Assembly (NCBI GenBank): GCA_964016885.1
Contig: OZ024755.1
Location: 4,712,001 to 4,776,000, forward strand
Source: Eledone cirrhosa
Lineage: Eukaryota
Reading direction: 5' to 3'
DNA: 64,000 nt
The position numbers were made by a program, and so were the translations under genes. Of the stretch, positions 38,701 through 44,862 are shown piece after piece. Below the pieces are notes generated by a model that did not search any database, was not told where the DNA came from, and worked only from the letters and a program-made list of their open reading frames with translations. How positions within the stretch are numbered: the stretch's first letter is position 1; the number at the start of each line of letters is the position of its first letter.

Positions 38701-40483
38701 GTGTTCTTAGAAACGTGTGTGTGTGTGTGTGTGTGGATCAGAAGTACTGTATTCCATCATATGTGTGTGTGTGTGTGTCAGTGTTCTTAGAAATGTGTGT
38801 GTGTGTGTATCAGAAGTACTGTATTCCTGCATATGTGTGTGTGTGTCAGTGTTCTTAGAAACGTGTGTGTGTGTGTGTGTGTGGATCAGAAGTTCTGTAT
38901 TCCTGCATATGTGTGCGTGTGTCAGTGTTCTTAGAAACGTGTGTGTGTGTGGATCAGAAGTTCTGTATTCCATCATATGTGTGTGTGTGTGTGTCAGTGT
39001 TCTTAGAAATGTGTGTGTGTGTGTATCAGAAGTACTGTATTCCTGCATATGTGTGTGTGTGAGTGTTCTTAGAAATGTGTGTGTGTGTGTATCAGAAGTA
39101 CTGTATTCCTGCATATGTGTGTGTGTGTGTCAGTGTTCTTAGAAATGTGTGTGTGTGTGTGGATCAGAAGTTCTGTATTCCTGCATATGTGTGTGTGTGT
39201 GTGTGTGTGGATCAGAAGTTCTGTATTCCATCATATGTGTGTGTGTGTGTGTCAGTGTTCTTAGAAATGTGTGTGTGTGTGTATCAGAAGTACTGTATTC
39301 CTGCATATGTGTGTGTGTGAGTGTTCTTAGAAATGTGTGTGTGTGTGTGTGTATCAGAAGTACTGTATTCCTGCATATGTGTGCGTGTGTCAGTGTTCTT
39401 AGAAATGTGTGTGTGTATCAGAAGTACTGTGTTCCTGCATGTGTGTGTGTGTCAGTGTTCTTACAAACGTGTGTGTGTGAATGTAACCACCACCACCACC
39501 ATCATCATCATCACCACCATAAACCATCATAGATACTAGTGGTCTTATGTTAGATACTAGTGGTCTTATGTTAGATACTAGTGGTCTAACGTTAGATATT
39601 AGTGGTCTTATGTTAGATACTAGTGGTCTAACGTTAGATACTAGTGGTCTTATGTTAGATACTAGTGGTCTTATGTTAGATACTAGTGGTCTAACGTTAG
39701 ATACTAGTGGTCTTATGTTAGATACTAGTGGTCTAACATTAGATATTAGTGGTCTTATGTTAGATACTAGTGGTCTAACGTGAGAAAGTGGTGGTCTTAT
39801 GTTAGATACTAGTGGTCTAACGTGAGAAAGTGGTGGTCTTATGTTAGATACTAGTGGTCTAACGTGAGATAGTGGTGGTCTTATGTTAGATACTAGTGGT
39901 CTAACGTGAGAAAGTGGTGGTCTTATGTTAGATACTAGTGGTCTAACGTGAGATAGTGGTGGTCTTATGTTAGATACTAGTGATCTTATGTTAGATACTA
40001 GTGGTCTAACGTTAGATATTAGTGGTCTAATGTTAGATATTAGTGGTCTAACATTAGATATTAGTGGTCTTATGTTAGATACTAGTGGTCTAACGTGAGA
40101 TACTGGTGGTCTTATGTTAGATACTAATGGTCTAACGTTAGATACTAGTGGTCTAACGTTAGATACTAGTGGTCTAACGTTAGATACTAGTGGTCTAATG
40201 TTAGATATTAGTGGTCTAACATTAGATATTAGTGGTCTTATGTTAGATACTAGTGGTCTAACGTTAGATACTAGTGTTTTAATGTTAGAAATCAATATTT
40301 AGAGTATTGGTTTTCATTACTTGTTTTATATTTCTATTTTTTTCTTGACAGTTACCATTTGAATTTGAGAGTGGTCAGTTAAACCAACTTCTGGAACTTT
40401 TTAATGTCAATAAAGGATCATTCCTTGTTACTGGAGATCTGGCCAGCTGGTTAGCTAACCATTTTTTCTCTGAAAAGAATTAA
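395..40483 (+). CDS. CFAP54: Cilia- and flagella-associated protein 54-like, 5'-partial, 42 exons (listed below), 6549 nt joined
   Basis: All introns are GT-AG with consistent phases and no internal stop. Peptides recall CFAP54 motifs: GLKTNQQYVFALAAYSYDGKLIGDSIGEST, LKRALVLSHRG, FDDITIID..KWEHL, GIWGCL, KNIYLPF and the C-terminal LPFEF..LLELFNVNKG..GDLASWL. Confidence 0.9.
671..813 (+). CDS. CFAP54: CFAP54 exon (VSYQLRYF...KKFPR)
   Basis: tttcag| ... AG|gtaaat, phase 0/2. Confidence 0.85.
1396..1624 (+). mobile_element. piggyBac-like MITE family 1, orientation A
   Basis: TTAA-CCCATTAGCATT...AATGCTAAATGG-TTAA. Confidence 0.8.
1744..1891 (+). CDS. CFAP54: CFAP54 exon (MNENVKITASPILLRQF...KPRQ)
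   Basis: ttgcag| ... CAA|gtaagt, phase 2/0. Confidence 0.9.
2129..2284 (+). CDS. CFAP54: CFAP54 exon (KKRLAECKKLLLGID...PVTQ)
   Basis: ttacag| ... CAG|gtaaac, phase 0/0. Confidence 0.9.
2762..2948 (+). mobile_element. tRNA-derived SINE family A. Other copies or fragments: ~4525-4683+, 6108-6213+, 21130-21256-, 32245-32412+, 40905-41075+, 43330-43690, 46820-46922+, 49458-49570+, 51130-51260+, 53145-53295-, 59140-59247-
   Basis: A-box-like TGGCAGTATCAGTAG, B-box GAGTTCAAATCC, core GCCTTTCATCCTTACGGGGTCGATAAAATAAAGTACCAG, (TTA)n tail. Confidence 0.85.
3004..3126 (+). CDS. CFAP54: CFAP54 exon (IFLYCYGVLQ...HLVK)
   Basis: ctttag| ... AAG|gtatgt, phase 0/0. Confidence 0.88.
3779..4002 (-). mobile_element. 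piggyBac-like MITE family 1, orientation B
   Basis: TTAA-CCCTTTAGCATT...AATGCTAAAGGG-TTAA; the body is the reverse complement of 1396-1624. Confidence 0.85.
4222..4501 (+). CDS. CFAP54: CFAP54 exon (MLYKMKERH...NISRQ)
   Basis: taatag| ... G|gtaatg, phase 0/1. Confidence 0.85.
4820..5280 (+). mobile_element. 5'-truncated non-LTR retrotransposon (CRE/R2-like) 3' end encoding a restriction-like endonuclease domain
   Basis: GC-rich island translating to GKRPDG..PF..LVWDAT...AE..K.SKY...VPLAVETSG...RGNA; AATAAA and an A-rich tail at 5263-5279. Confidence 0.8.
5385..5477 (+). CDS. CFAP54: CFAP54 exon (CYDADVGVREDES...GFKE)
   Basis: Weak aag acceptor, G|gtaaag donor, phase 1/1, open frame. Confidence 0.7.
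6528..6654 (+). CDS. CFAP54: CFAP54 exon (SKYKKKNNFHEFV...NFFDR)
   Basis: tcacag| ... AG|gtaaaa, phase 1/2. Confidence 0.85.
6861..6960 (+). CDS. CFAP54: CFAP54 exon (RLDMKFQGK...YKKQ)
   Basis: tttaag| ... CAG|gtaaag, phase 2/0, needed to restore the frame. Confidence 0.75.
6973..7336 (-). mobile_element. piggyBac-like MITE family 1 with an internal ~73-bp triplication
   Basis: Same body, right end AAAGGG-TTAA. Confidence 0.75.
7400..7626 (-). mobile_element. Short (TA)n-flanked element carrying a minimal hammerhead motif (Penelope-like/retrozyme-like)
   Basis: Homologous to 50838-51080; both are flanked by (TA)n. Confidence 0.65.
7487..7522 (-). ncRNA. Minimal type I hammerhead ribozyme motif
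   Basis: Minus strand: TCTT-CTGATGA-aGGAC tagc GTCT-GAAA-ca-TT-AAGA. Confidence 0.6.
7707..7761 (-). ncRNA. Degenerate type I hammerhead motif, second family
   Basis: Minus strand: GCTGT-CTGATGA-GGTcATAGC..GCTATcACC-aAAA-ta-TA-ACAGC (G12 replaced by A). Confidence 0.5.
7939..7980 (+). CDS. CFAP54: CFAP54 exon (PDFIKSQAQKEKKK)
   Basis: ttgcag| ... AAA|gtaagt, phase 0/0. Confidence 0.75.
8338..8530 (+). mobile_element. piggyBac-like MITE family 1, ends eroded, orientation A
   Basis: Body matches 1396-1624 and 30132-30355. Confidence 0.7.
8795..8845 (+). CDS. CFAP54: CFAP54 exon (KRLFPTDGPELEALKLK)
   Basis: tttcag| ... AAG|gtaagc, phase 0/0. Confidence 0.75.
9073..9488. repeat. 39-bp minisatellite, ~10.5 copies
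   Basis: CCTGGTGTAGAATTGGCAAGGAATCTTAACTTTGATTTATTT-type unit. Confidence 0.95.
9566..9670 (+). CDS. CFAP54: CFAP54 exon (VLPVFAKCLP...ELPCRCQ)
   Basis: ctgcag| ... CAG|gtaagt, phase 0/0. Confidence 0.88.
9852..10066. repeat. 70-72-bp tandem x3 containing a splice acceptor
   Basis: ...TACTAA...GATTTTCAGCTTAACTT repeated three times. Confidence 0.9.
10059..10153 (+). CDS. CFAP54: CFAP54 exon (LNLLQAIVIFN...NAEN)
   Basis: tttcag| ... TA|gtaagt, phase 0/2. Confidence 0.85.
10310..10705. repeat. ~18-bp AT-rich minisatellite
   Basis: TATCAATATAGAATTTG units. Confidence 0.85.
10755..10855 (+). CDS. CFAP54: CFAP54 exon (GKHFDHNWISFENTG...VKP)
   Basis: ttatag| ... G|gtacaa, phase 2/1. Confidence 0.75.
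11209..11339 (+). CDS. CFAP54: CFAP54 exon (ERHTP...LHLKRAL)
   Basis: aaatag| ... CTT|gtaagt, phase 1/0. Confidence 0.85.
11417..11650 (-). mobile_element. RTE LINE 3' fragment
   Basis: VEGSHSRGRPRKTWAEVVRADLK followed by a (GAT)n-type tail. Confidence 0.8.
12231..12473 (+). CDS. CFAP54: CFAP54 exon (VLSHRGELWSSFQN...GKSQ)
   Basis: tttcag| ... CAG|gtgagt, phase 0/0. Confidence 0.9.
12701..12921 (+). CDS. CFAP54: CFAP54 exon (STENFC...FDPFFDDITIID...YNGLT)
   Basis: ttacag| ... AA|gtaaat, phase 0/2. Confidence 0.9.
13027..13271 (+). CDS. CFAP54: CFAP54 exon (EKFAEFTIPLLIDAQ...TVYN)
   Basis: ctttag| ... G|gtaaga, phase 2/1. Confidence 0.88.
13279..14590. repeat. 57-bp minisatellite, ~23 copies
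   Basis: AGAACAATGTTCTTTACCATTTTATATGTTGATCTCATA(G/A)AATTGAGCCATGATATT. Confidence 0.97.
14886..15035 (+). CDS. CFAP54: CFAP54 exon (DGSMLIAVPIDV...HSRQLLHLF)
   Basis: taaag| ... A|gtaagt, phase 1/1. Confidence 0.85.
15284..15472 (+). CDS. CFAP54: CFAP54 exon (QNSKTTG...SYTQTI)
   Basis: ttttag| ... G|gtatgt, phase 1/1. Confidence 0.85.
15587..16085. repeat. 57-bp minisatellite, ~9 copies (unrelated unit)
   Basis: GTACCAGTAGCAGACAGAAGCCACATGACCATGTAGCAGGTTGTAGTGGGTTACATG. Confidence 0.95.
16387..16474 (+). CDS. CFAP54: CFAP54 exon (LLLNKNEKDIAAQML...GDR)
   Basis: ttcaag| ... AA|gtaagt, phase 1/2. Confidence 0.85.
16921..17094 (+). CDS. CFAP54: CFAP54 exon (TAFQTW...CGIWGCLFAG...IA)
   Basis: aattag| ... 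AG|gtaatc, phase 2/2. Confidence 0.9.
17122..17670 (-). mobile_element. RTE LINE 3' fragment with an internal duplication
   Basis: ELREKL..RRLRWYGHV..RGRPRKTW, (GAT)n tail. Confidence 0.85.
17870..17936 (+). CDS. CFAP54: CFAP54 exon (FCIVADK...YHLFK)
   Basis: tttcag| ... AAG|gttggt, phase 2/0. Confidence 0.85.
17968..19257. repeat. Compound (GTG)n satellite with a higher-order GAGGAAGGGG motif
   Basis: Visible directly. Confidence 0.9.
19332..19532 (+). CDS. CFAP54: CFAP54 exon (AIFSGSLEHP...GYYLK)
   Basis: ttccag| ... AAG|gtaaaa, phase 0/0. Confidence 0.9.
19556..19985. repeat. Compound (CA)n with an internal duplication
   Basis: Visible directly. Confidence 0.85.
20215..20478 (+). CDS. 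CFAP54: CFAP54 exon (MLPLLTLH...DPINLK)
   Basis: tttcag| ... AAG|gtaaat, phase 0/0. Confidence 0.9.
20524..20890. repeat. 34-bp minisatellite, ~11 copies
   Basis: TTACTCTCTCTAAACATRTCTTTAAATGTCAMTG. Confidence 0.95.
20941..21092 (+). CDS. CFAP54: CFAP54 exon (VLHFICGKSLP...LYGPH...EEDDN)
   Basis: ttatag| ... TT|gtaagt, phase 0/2. Confidence 0.88.
21548..21588 (+). CDS. CFAP54: CFAP54 exon (PTIIKGLFYPHDI)
   Basis: aattag| ... G|gtaagt, phase 2/1. Confidence 0.75.
21720..21972. repeat. ~15-bp minisatellite
   Basis: GTATAATATGWGAGT units. Confidence 0.85.
22010..22156 (+). CDS. CFAP54: CFAP54 exon (SNDMSQN...ERMKALLLSVANHRL...NKT)
   Basis: ttgtag| ... A|gttaat (weak donor), phase 1/1. Confidence 0.75.
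22242..22779. mobile_element. Degraded Tc1/pogo-superfamily DNA element
   Basis: Termini TACCATATATACTTGAATATAAG / ATATTCCAGTAGATACAGTA resemble TACCGTA...TACGGTA ends. Confidence 0.4.
22927..23148. mobile_element. mariner-type MITE (a related partial copy lies at ~5545-5704)
   Basis: TGAGGGTTGGGCTGAAA ... TTTCAGTCAACCCTCA-TA. Confidence 0.65.
23205..23376 (+). CDS. CFAP54: CFAP54 exon (TLSAFYLDLKIKC...TSPK)
   Basis: ttttag| ... GG|gttagg, phase 1/2. Confidence 0.8.
23420..23700 (+). mobile_element. tRNA-derived SINE family B. Other copies: ~1110-1245-, 3545-3712-, 11780-12130+ with an internal 38-bp triplication
   Basis: GTGGCCTAGTGGTAAG A box; core TTGTGTTCTTGAGCAAGACACTTCATT..TTGCTCCAGTATACTCAGCTGAAAAT. 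Confidence 0.8.
24085..24350 (-). mobile_element. RTE-like LINE 3' fragment
   Basis: IDGSYGVGRPRKTWDDMIKSDL...DRDLW. Confidence 0.65.
24803..24981 (+). CDS. CFAP54: CFAP54 exon (KTPES...FWLKCRLNLV...SFK)
   Basis: taacag| ... G|gtaaaa, phase 2/1. Confidence 0.85.
25354..25526 (+). CDS. CFAP54: CFAP54 exon (FGEILMQD...CLEGQQEAKSCKDLE...DLCQ)
   Basis: ttacag| ... CAG|gtaggt, phase 1/0. Confidence 0.88.
25575..25814. mobile_element. piggyBac-like MITE family 2
   Basis: TTAA-CCCTTT...AAAGGG-TTAA with an unrelated interior. Confidence 0.6.
26282..26461 (+). CDS. CFAP54: CFAP54 exon (KGINVIQQC...IKNR)
   Basis: ccacag| ... AGA|gtaagt, phase 0/0. Confidence 0.85.
26603..26900 (-). mobile_element. 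piggyBac-like MITE family 1, rearranged so that both ends carry the same terminus
   Basis: TTAACCCTTCAGCATTTAAACCGG...CGGTTTAAATGCTAAAGGG. Confidence 0.75.
26947..27083 (+). CDS. CFAP54: CFAP54 exon (LQVLEP...KNIYLPF...DLRIG)
   Basis: tttcag| ... GA|gtaagt, phase 0/2. Confidence 0.88.
27533..27699. mobile_element. hAT/Charlie-like MITE
   Basis: CAGTGGTTCCCAAA ... TTTGGCAAACCCTG; 8-bp flanks ATATAAAC/ATTTAAAT. Confidence 0.6.
27767..27900 (+). CDS. CFAP54: CFAP54 exon (LTSVESK...EILLQT)
   Basis: tttcag| ... G|gtaagg, phase 2/1. Confidence 0.85.
27911..28115. repeat. 55-bp tandem x3.7
   Basis: TTTGATAATGATTTAATATTGATACGG...ATAAC. Confidence 0.92.
28561..28663 (+). CDS. CFAP54: CFAP54 exon (KILRYLSE...HQSI)
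   Basis: tgacag| ... GT|gtaagt, phase 1/2. Confidence 0.85.
28948..29153 (-). mobile_element. piggyBac-like MITE family 1, orientation B
   Basis: TTAA-CCCTTTA...TAATGGG-TTAA. Confidence 0.8.
29216..29303 (+). CDS. CFAP54: CFAP54 exon (LTKNAYLEIGL...QKLR)
   Basis: cttcag| ... AGA|gtaagt, phase 2/0. Confidence 0.85.
30121..30464. mobile_element. hAT-like MITE hosting the nested piggyBac-like MITE
   Basis: TIRs CAGTGCTGGATTTA / TAAATCTGGCACCG; imperfect 8-bp TSD ATGTTACC/ATGTTATA. Confidence 0.65.
30132..30355 (+). mobile_element. piggyBac-like MITE family 1, orientation A, nested in a hAT-like MITE
   Basis: TTAA-CCCTTTAGC...GCTAAAGGG-TTAA. Confidence 0.85.
30831..31098 (+). CDS. CFAP54: CFAP54 exon (QKSGK...LLAWLAIR...IPEYINLDL...KYD)
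   Basis: ctttag| ... G|gtaaca, phase 0/1. Confidence 0.88.
31290..31735. repeat. 48-bp minisatellite x~9 inside an RTE-tailed element (related x3 array at 29555-29705)
   Basis: ATCATGACTCCTACACAACCACTTTATAGTGGGGACTGGGGACTTTTT. Confidence 0.92.
32098..32214 (+). CDS. CFAP54: CFAP54 exon (SDVLVLEN...KITWFHIF)
   Basis: ccaaag| ... T|gtaagt, phase 1/1. Confidence 0.8.
32415..33190. repeat. Compound (GGT)n/GTAGTTCTGATGTT satellite
   Basis: Visible directly. Confidence 0.9.
33261..33864 (+). CDS. CFAP54: CFAP54 exon (YYIYLSDQ...EVCFQWYSP...DLYK)
   Basis: ccacag| ... CG|gtataa, 604 nt open, phase 1/2. Confidence 0.85.
34925..35681 (-). mobile_element. Truncated mariner transposon (5' TIR plus the N-terminal half of a frameshifted transposase)
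   Basis: TA-CGAGGGGGGATCAAAAAGTTT terminus; HTH EIRSNIKFL..VYKWIQRFKQGRDDLEDDHRSGR, WVPKAL and ITGDETWIHQYDPE; ends at a (TA)n tract. Confidence 0.9.
35828..35957 (+). CDS. CFAP54: CFAP54 exon (IKNVIYLKEM...PEYQ)
   Basis: cattag| ... CAG|gtgaca, phase 2/0. Confidence 0.8.
36226..36415 (-). mobile_element. RTE-like LINE 3' fragment
   Basis: LLWEPLHGHTRRGRPRLTYVDAL...MRDRDRWR. Confidence 0.7.
36530..37076 (+). mobile_element. CR1-clade LINE 3' end with a 61-bp x3 internal repeat (a short 3'UTR copy lies at ~10925-11090)
   Basis: NT*GHAYKV..RKHFFTLRVAEAWNKLPASVV..SFK, (TAT)n tail. Confidence 0.8.
37730..38285 (-). mobile_element. Three head-to-tail copies of SINE family A
   Basis: Three successive CCCAGT..ATTACTGGTA..TTAT....GGATTTGAACT blocks. 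Confidence 0.8.
38354..38425 (+). CDS. CFAP54: CFAP54 exon (KQLITILQD...VILQ)
   Basis: ttacag| ... CAG|gtaatt, phase 0/0. Confidence 0.8.
38452..39480. repeat. ~60-70-bp satellite with variable (TG)n
   Basis: ATCAGAAGTACTGTATTC..(TG)n..CAGTGTTCTTAGAAA units. Confidence 0.92.
39529..40290. repeat. 21-bp minisatellite, ~36 copies
   Basis: TAGATACTAGTGGTCTTATGT. Confidence 0.95.
40352..40483 (+). CDS. CFAP54: CFAP54 terminal coding exon (LPFEFESGQL...SEKN*)
   Basis: tgacag| acceptor, TAA at 40481-40483; resembles the recalled CFAP54 C-terminus. Confidence 0.88.
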   Translation, partial: LPFEFESGQLNQLLELFNVNKGSFLVTGDLASWLANHFFSEKN

Positions 40484-40574
40484 ATGGAGATATGGCCCCT
40501 TGGTTAGCTAACCTTGATTTCTGTGTGAAGACCTAAATGTAATTTCCAATGACATCTGAAGAAAACTGCAGTAA

Positions 40575-40580
40575 AATAAA
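40575..40580 (+). terminator. Polyadenylation signal AATAAA for CFAP54
   Basis: AATAAA about 90 nt after the stop, followed by T/GT-rich sequence. Confidence 0.6.
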
Positions 40581-42063
40581 TTTATTTGTAGCTTAATATT
40601 GGTGAATCTTTGTTATTGAAAGAATTATTGTTGAAATAATGGAACTGTCAAAGATGGGAACACTCATCAATGCTTACACAAACACACAAATAAACAACTC
40701 CCTCACCCACCCATTTATTTCAACCTACCCTCTCCCGATATTATTTGTGACCCGAGAGTATTTGCAATGAAGAAGGGAAATAACTAATATAGAATATTTC
40801 CGGGTGACCTCTCTGTATAAAAGAGACGTTTTAAGTTCTAAAGTTTAATAACATTAATGAGTCAAATATTGCAAAATGTAACGTGATTTTTAGTGTCAGA
40901 CACCCTGCTTTGCAGCACAGAGTTATGGCCCTTTATGTTCTGAATTCAAATCCCGCCGAGGTTAACTTTGCCTTTCATCCTTATGGGGTTGATAAAATAA
41001 AGTAGCAGTAATACACTGGTGTCGATTTAATTGGCTTGCCCCTCCCCCCGAAAAAATGTTAGCCTTGTGCCTATGGTACCAATGACAAATCTATCCTAAT
41101 CTACAGCATGGAAATTATATGTTCATTATAGAGTCTATGTAAAATATATTGAAGTTTATATTCTGTGGTTAAAGTTACTCAATAGCGTGCAAAGCTCAAG
41201 ATGAGAGAGTCACTCCAGTTAGAGCCACTGCTTCTCTGAATTGAGAGATCACAGCTCCAATACTATGGGCATGTGGCTAGATGTCGCAGGGAAGAATCAC
41301 TGGACAGTGTTTACAGGTAAAACCAACCAGCAGGAGACACAGTCGTTTCCAACTTCGAATTTTCAACATCCCAGCTCTTTTAAAGTCCGATGTAATGGAG
41401 ATAAATATGTATAGTCAATGCAGTAGGTTATCTCCCTTGTCAAACAACCTTGCCTTACATATTTCGTCAGAGTAATTCTACTATTAGTGGGAGGGGAAGG
41501 TGAAAAGTTAATATCGATAAAGAAGTTTATATAAAAAATAGTCTAGGGTCTCGAATAATCGTCCCTCCCCTCCCCTCCCGCCGCTTATTAATTTTTCAGG
41601 TTCTTTCCACACCCTAATCTATCTCAGGCGAAATTTTATTTTAAGCGGCAACATTCTACAACAATTAATCTTCTTTGTACATTAAAAAAAAACAAACATT
41701 ACATATGACAACTTCTTTGTTCCAACTTCTTGTTCATGACAAAATAGACGTTAAACAGTGATGATGATGATGATAAAGCTGACGGCGATGACGAAGGGAT
41801 GGAGTGTTGTTGCCATGATAAAACACACCCAGTGTTGTCTCTCTAAAATATGAATGATGATAAATATATTTAGCAGCCCTGTCAAAAATAGGATGTATAA
41901 GTGAGGCAAGGTACTCCAACCTGTCTAAGAGGGCTGTATATGTATATACATGTCTAGATATGTGTGTGTGTATATATATATAATGTGTGTATGTGTGTAT
42001 ATATATATATATAATGTGTGTATGTATGTATATACATATCTAGATATGTGTGTATATATATAA

Positions 42064-42099
<36 letters not shown>

Positions 42100-42156
42100 G
42101 TGTGTATGTATGTATATACATGTCTAGATATGTGTGTGTATATATATATAATGTTT

Positions 42157-42187
<31 letters not shown>

Positions 42188-42714
42188 ATGTGTGTATGTA
42201 TGTATATACATGTCTAGATATGTGTGTGTGTATATATATAATGTGTAAAATTGTATGTTGTGGTGTGCAGATGTTAGAAATGAAGAAGATGATGATGATG
42301 ATAGGGTGACTGCTACGCCATTGATGCAGGTGTGAAGAAGATACTAGATGTTAGTGATTACAAGTTTGGTAAATGGTAAATTAATGGTAAGCATTGACTG
42401 GCAGATAGCCAGACTTGCTTCAGTGTCGTATTTTTTTTTATCACTTAACCTTGTTACAAACATATGTTTAATTTACTACCACCCATGCTTGTAATTCTTT
42501 CCTGGTTTGGTGCAGAAGTTTGTTGATAACATGTCCAAGAACAAGAAAAAATTGCTGATTCTTCCCTTTAAAACTATTTCTGTTCTTAATCATAAACGGT
42601 AGAAAATATTAACAAAGAAAATATTAATTTTCCTTACTAAGATATAACTTCCTTTTATCTGTAACGGCAGGAGGATTTAATAATATACAACGTCACATCT
42701 TAGATATGGAAAGA

Positions 42715-43012
42715 TCTTGGTCAGGTATGAAAGGTTCCTAGTCAGACATCAGAGGATTTGGGTCAGATATCAAAGAATCCTGGTCAGATATCATAGGATC
42801 TTGGTCAGATATCAAAGGATATTGGTCAGATATCAAAGGATATTGGTCAGATATCATAGTATATTGGTCAGTTATCAAAGGATATTGGTCAGATATCAAA
42901 GAATCCTGGTCAGATATCATAGGATATTGGTCAGTTATCAAAGAATATTGGTCAGATATCAAAGGATATTGGTCAGATATCAAAGAATCCTGATCAGATA
43001 TCATAGGATAAT
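42715..43012. repeat. 21-bp minisatellite, ~14 copies
   Basis: ATATTGGTCAGATATCAAAGG. Confidence 0.92.
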
Positions 43013-44302
43013 AATTGTGTAATGCTATCAATAAAGACAGAAAGGAACTAGTATGGACAATCTTCTGTTTTGTTTAAAATCTCAAAAATAATATTTGTTC
43101 AGGATAGATTTCTTTATTTACTTAGCAGTCTAAAAATAAAAGATAAAACTGGATAAGGTGAATATTCTCAAGGGGCCAATGACATATATTTTGATAATTA
43201 AATTAAGGGATGATGTAATGAATGCCGATGCAAAAATTATCAAGTATAATTTTACTCTTACTTGGGGAAGAAAATGGAAAACAAAAAGTTTAGTGACAGT
43301 TATCAGTCAGTCTCAAGGAAAAAGGGGAATATTGGTTTCTAATTTAGGCACAAGGCCAGCAAATTTGGTTAAATCGACCCCAGTACTTGACTGGTACTTT
43401 ATTTAATTGACCTCAGAGGAATGAAAGGCAAAGCTGACCTCAACAGGATTTGCTTTGCCTTTCATCCTTCTGAGGTTGATAAAATAAAACATCAGTCATG
43501 TAGTGGGGTCACTGTCTGGTGATTTAGTTTATCATCAGACATTGACTCCCTCCCTCATCCCTCAGTACATGACTGGTACTTTATTTTATTGGCCTTGGAA
43601 GGAATTAAACTCAGAATGTAAAGAACCAGAATAAAATACCACAATGCCATTACACCGTACGTTCTTCCAAATCTGCCATTCCACCACCCTTAAACAATTT
43701 GTAATATTATGTACGCATATTACATGTTATGAAGATGGAAGACAAGTCAATGAGTACTTATCAGAGAAAAATTGATAAGAATGGGAGATAGAAGAAGAGA
43801 GAACGAGAGAGATGGGTGTTTAGAGGAGAAGTGAGAGGTAGAAGAAAGAGAGAGAGAGAAGAGTGTTTAGAGGAGGGGGCAGAAGAAAGAGAGAGAGAAG
43901 AGAGTTTGTTGTAGAGGAAGTAGAAACAGTAAAAGAGAATACTTAAATGCATATATATGTTATTGTAAGAACTGCAGTAGCTGTTAAAATGGTGGTGTGA
44001 GAGGAAGTTGGGAAGGGTTATTAGTTAATGGAGGTGACAGTGGTGGTGGTTATTGTATTTGTGTGTGTGTGTGTGTTAGTCTATGTAAATCACTATATAT
44101 ATATATATATAAAGAAAAAATAGGTATATTTTTGTCTATTATTTCCTCATATTTTGTAATTTGATATATATATATATATGCTGCAATGAAAGTTAACATG
44201 TAAATTCTATACTATTCAATACAGTTATGATGCAATAGAAGCAAACAGAAATTTAAAAAAAATATATTTTCAAACAACTTTTTTTTTATTTAATTTATTC
44301 AC

Positions 44303-44862
44303 TCCAAGCAAGGCAGTAAAGCCACTAAAATACAAAGGGTTACTGAGAAGGGAAAAGGACAAGACAGAGAACACAATCCCAAGCAAGGCAGTAAAGCCAC
44401 TAAAATACAAAGGGTTACTGAGAAGGGAAAAGGACAAGACAGAGAACACAATCCCAAGCAAGGCAGTAAAGCCACTAAAATACAAAGGGTTACTGGGAAG
44501 GGAAAAGGACAAGACAGAGAACACAATCCCAAGCAAGGCAGTAAAGCCACTAAAATACGAAGGGAAAAGGACAAGACAGAGAACACAATCCCAAGCAAGG
44601 CAGTAAAGCCACTAAAATACAAAGGGTTACTGGGAAGGGAAAAGGACAAGACAGAGAACACAATCCCAAGCAAGGCAGTAAAGCCACTAAAATACAAAGG
44701 GTTACTGGGAAGGGAAAAGGACAAGACAGAGAACACAATCCCAAGCAAGGCAGTAAAGCCACTAAAATACAAAGGGTTACTGAGAAGGGAAAAGGACAAG
44801 ACAGAGAACACAATCCCAAGCAAGGCAATAAAGCCACTAAAATACAAAGGGTTACTGGGAAG
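44303..44862. repeat. 75-bp minisatellite, ~7.5 copies
   Basis: CCAAGCAAGGCAGTAAAGCCACTAAAATACAAAGGGTTACTG... Confidence 0.95.

Noticed and set aside
39399-40302. 298-aa heptad-like ORF
   Set aside because: 21-bp minisatellite within the last CFAP54 intron.
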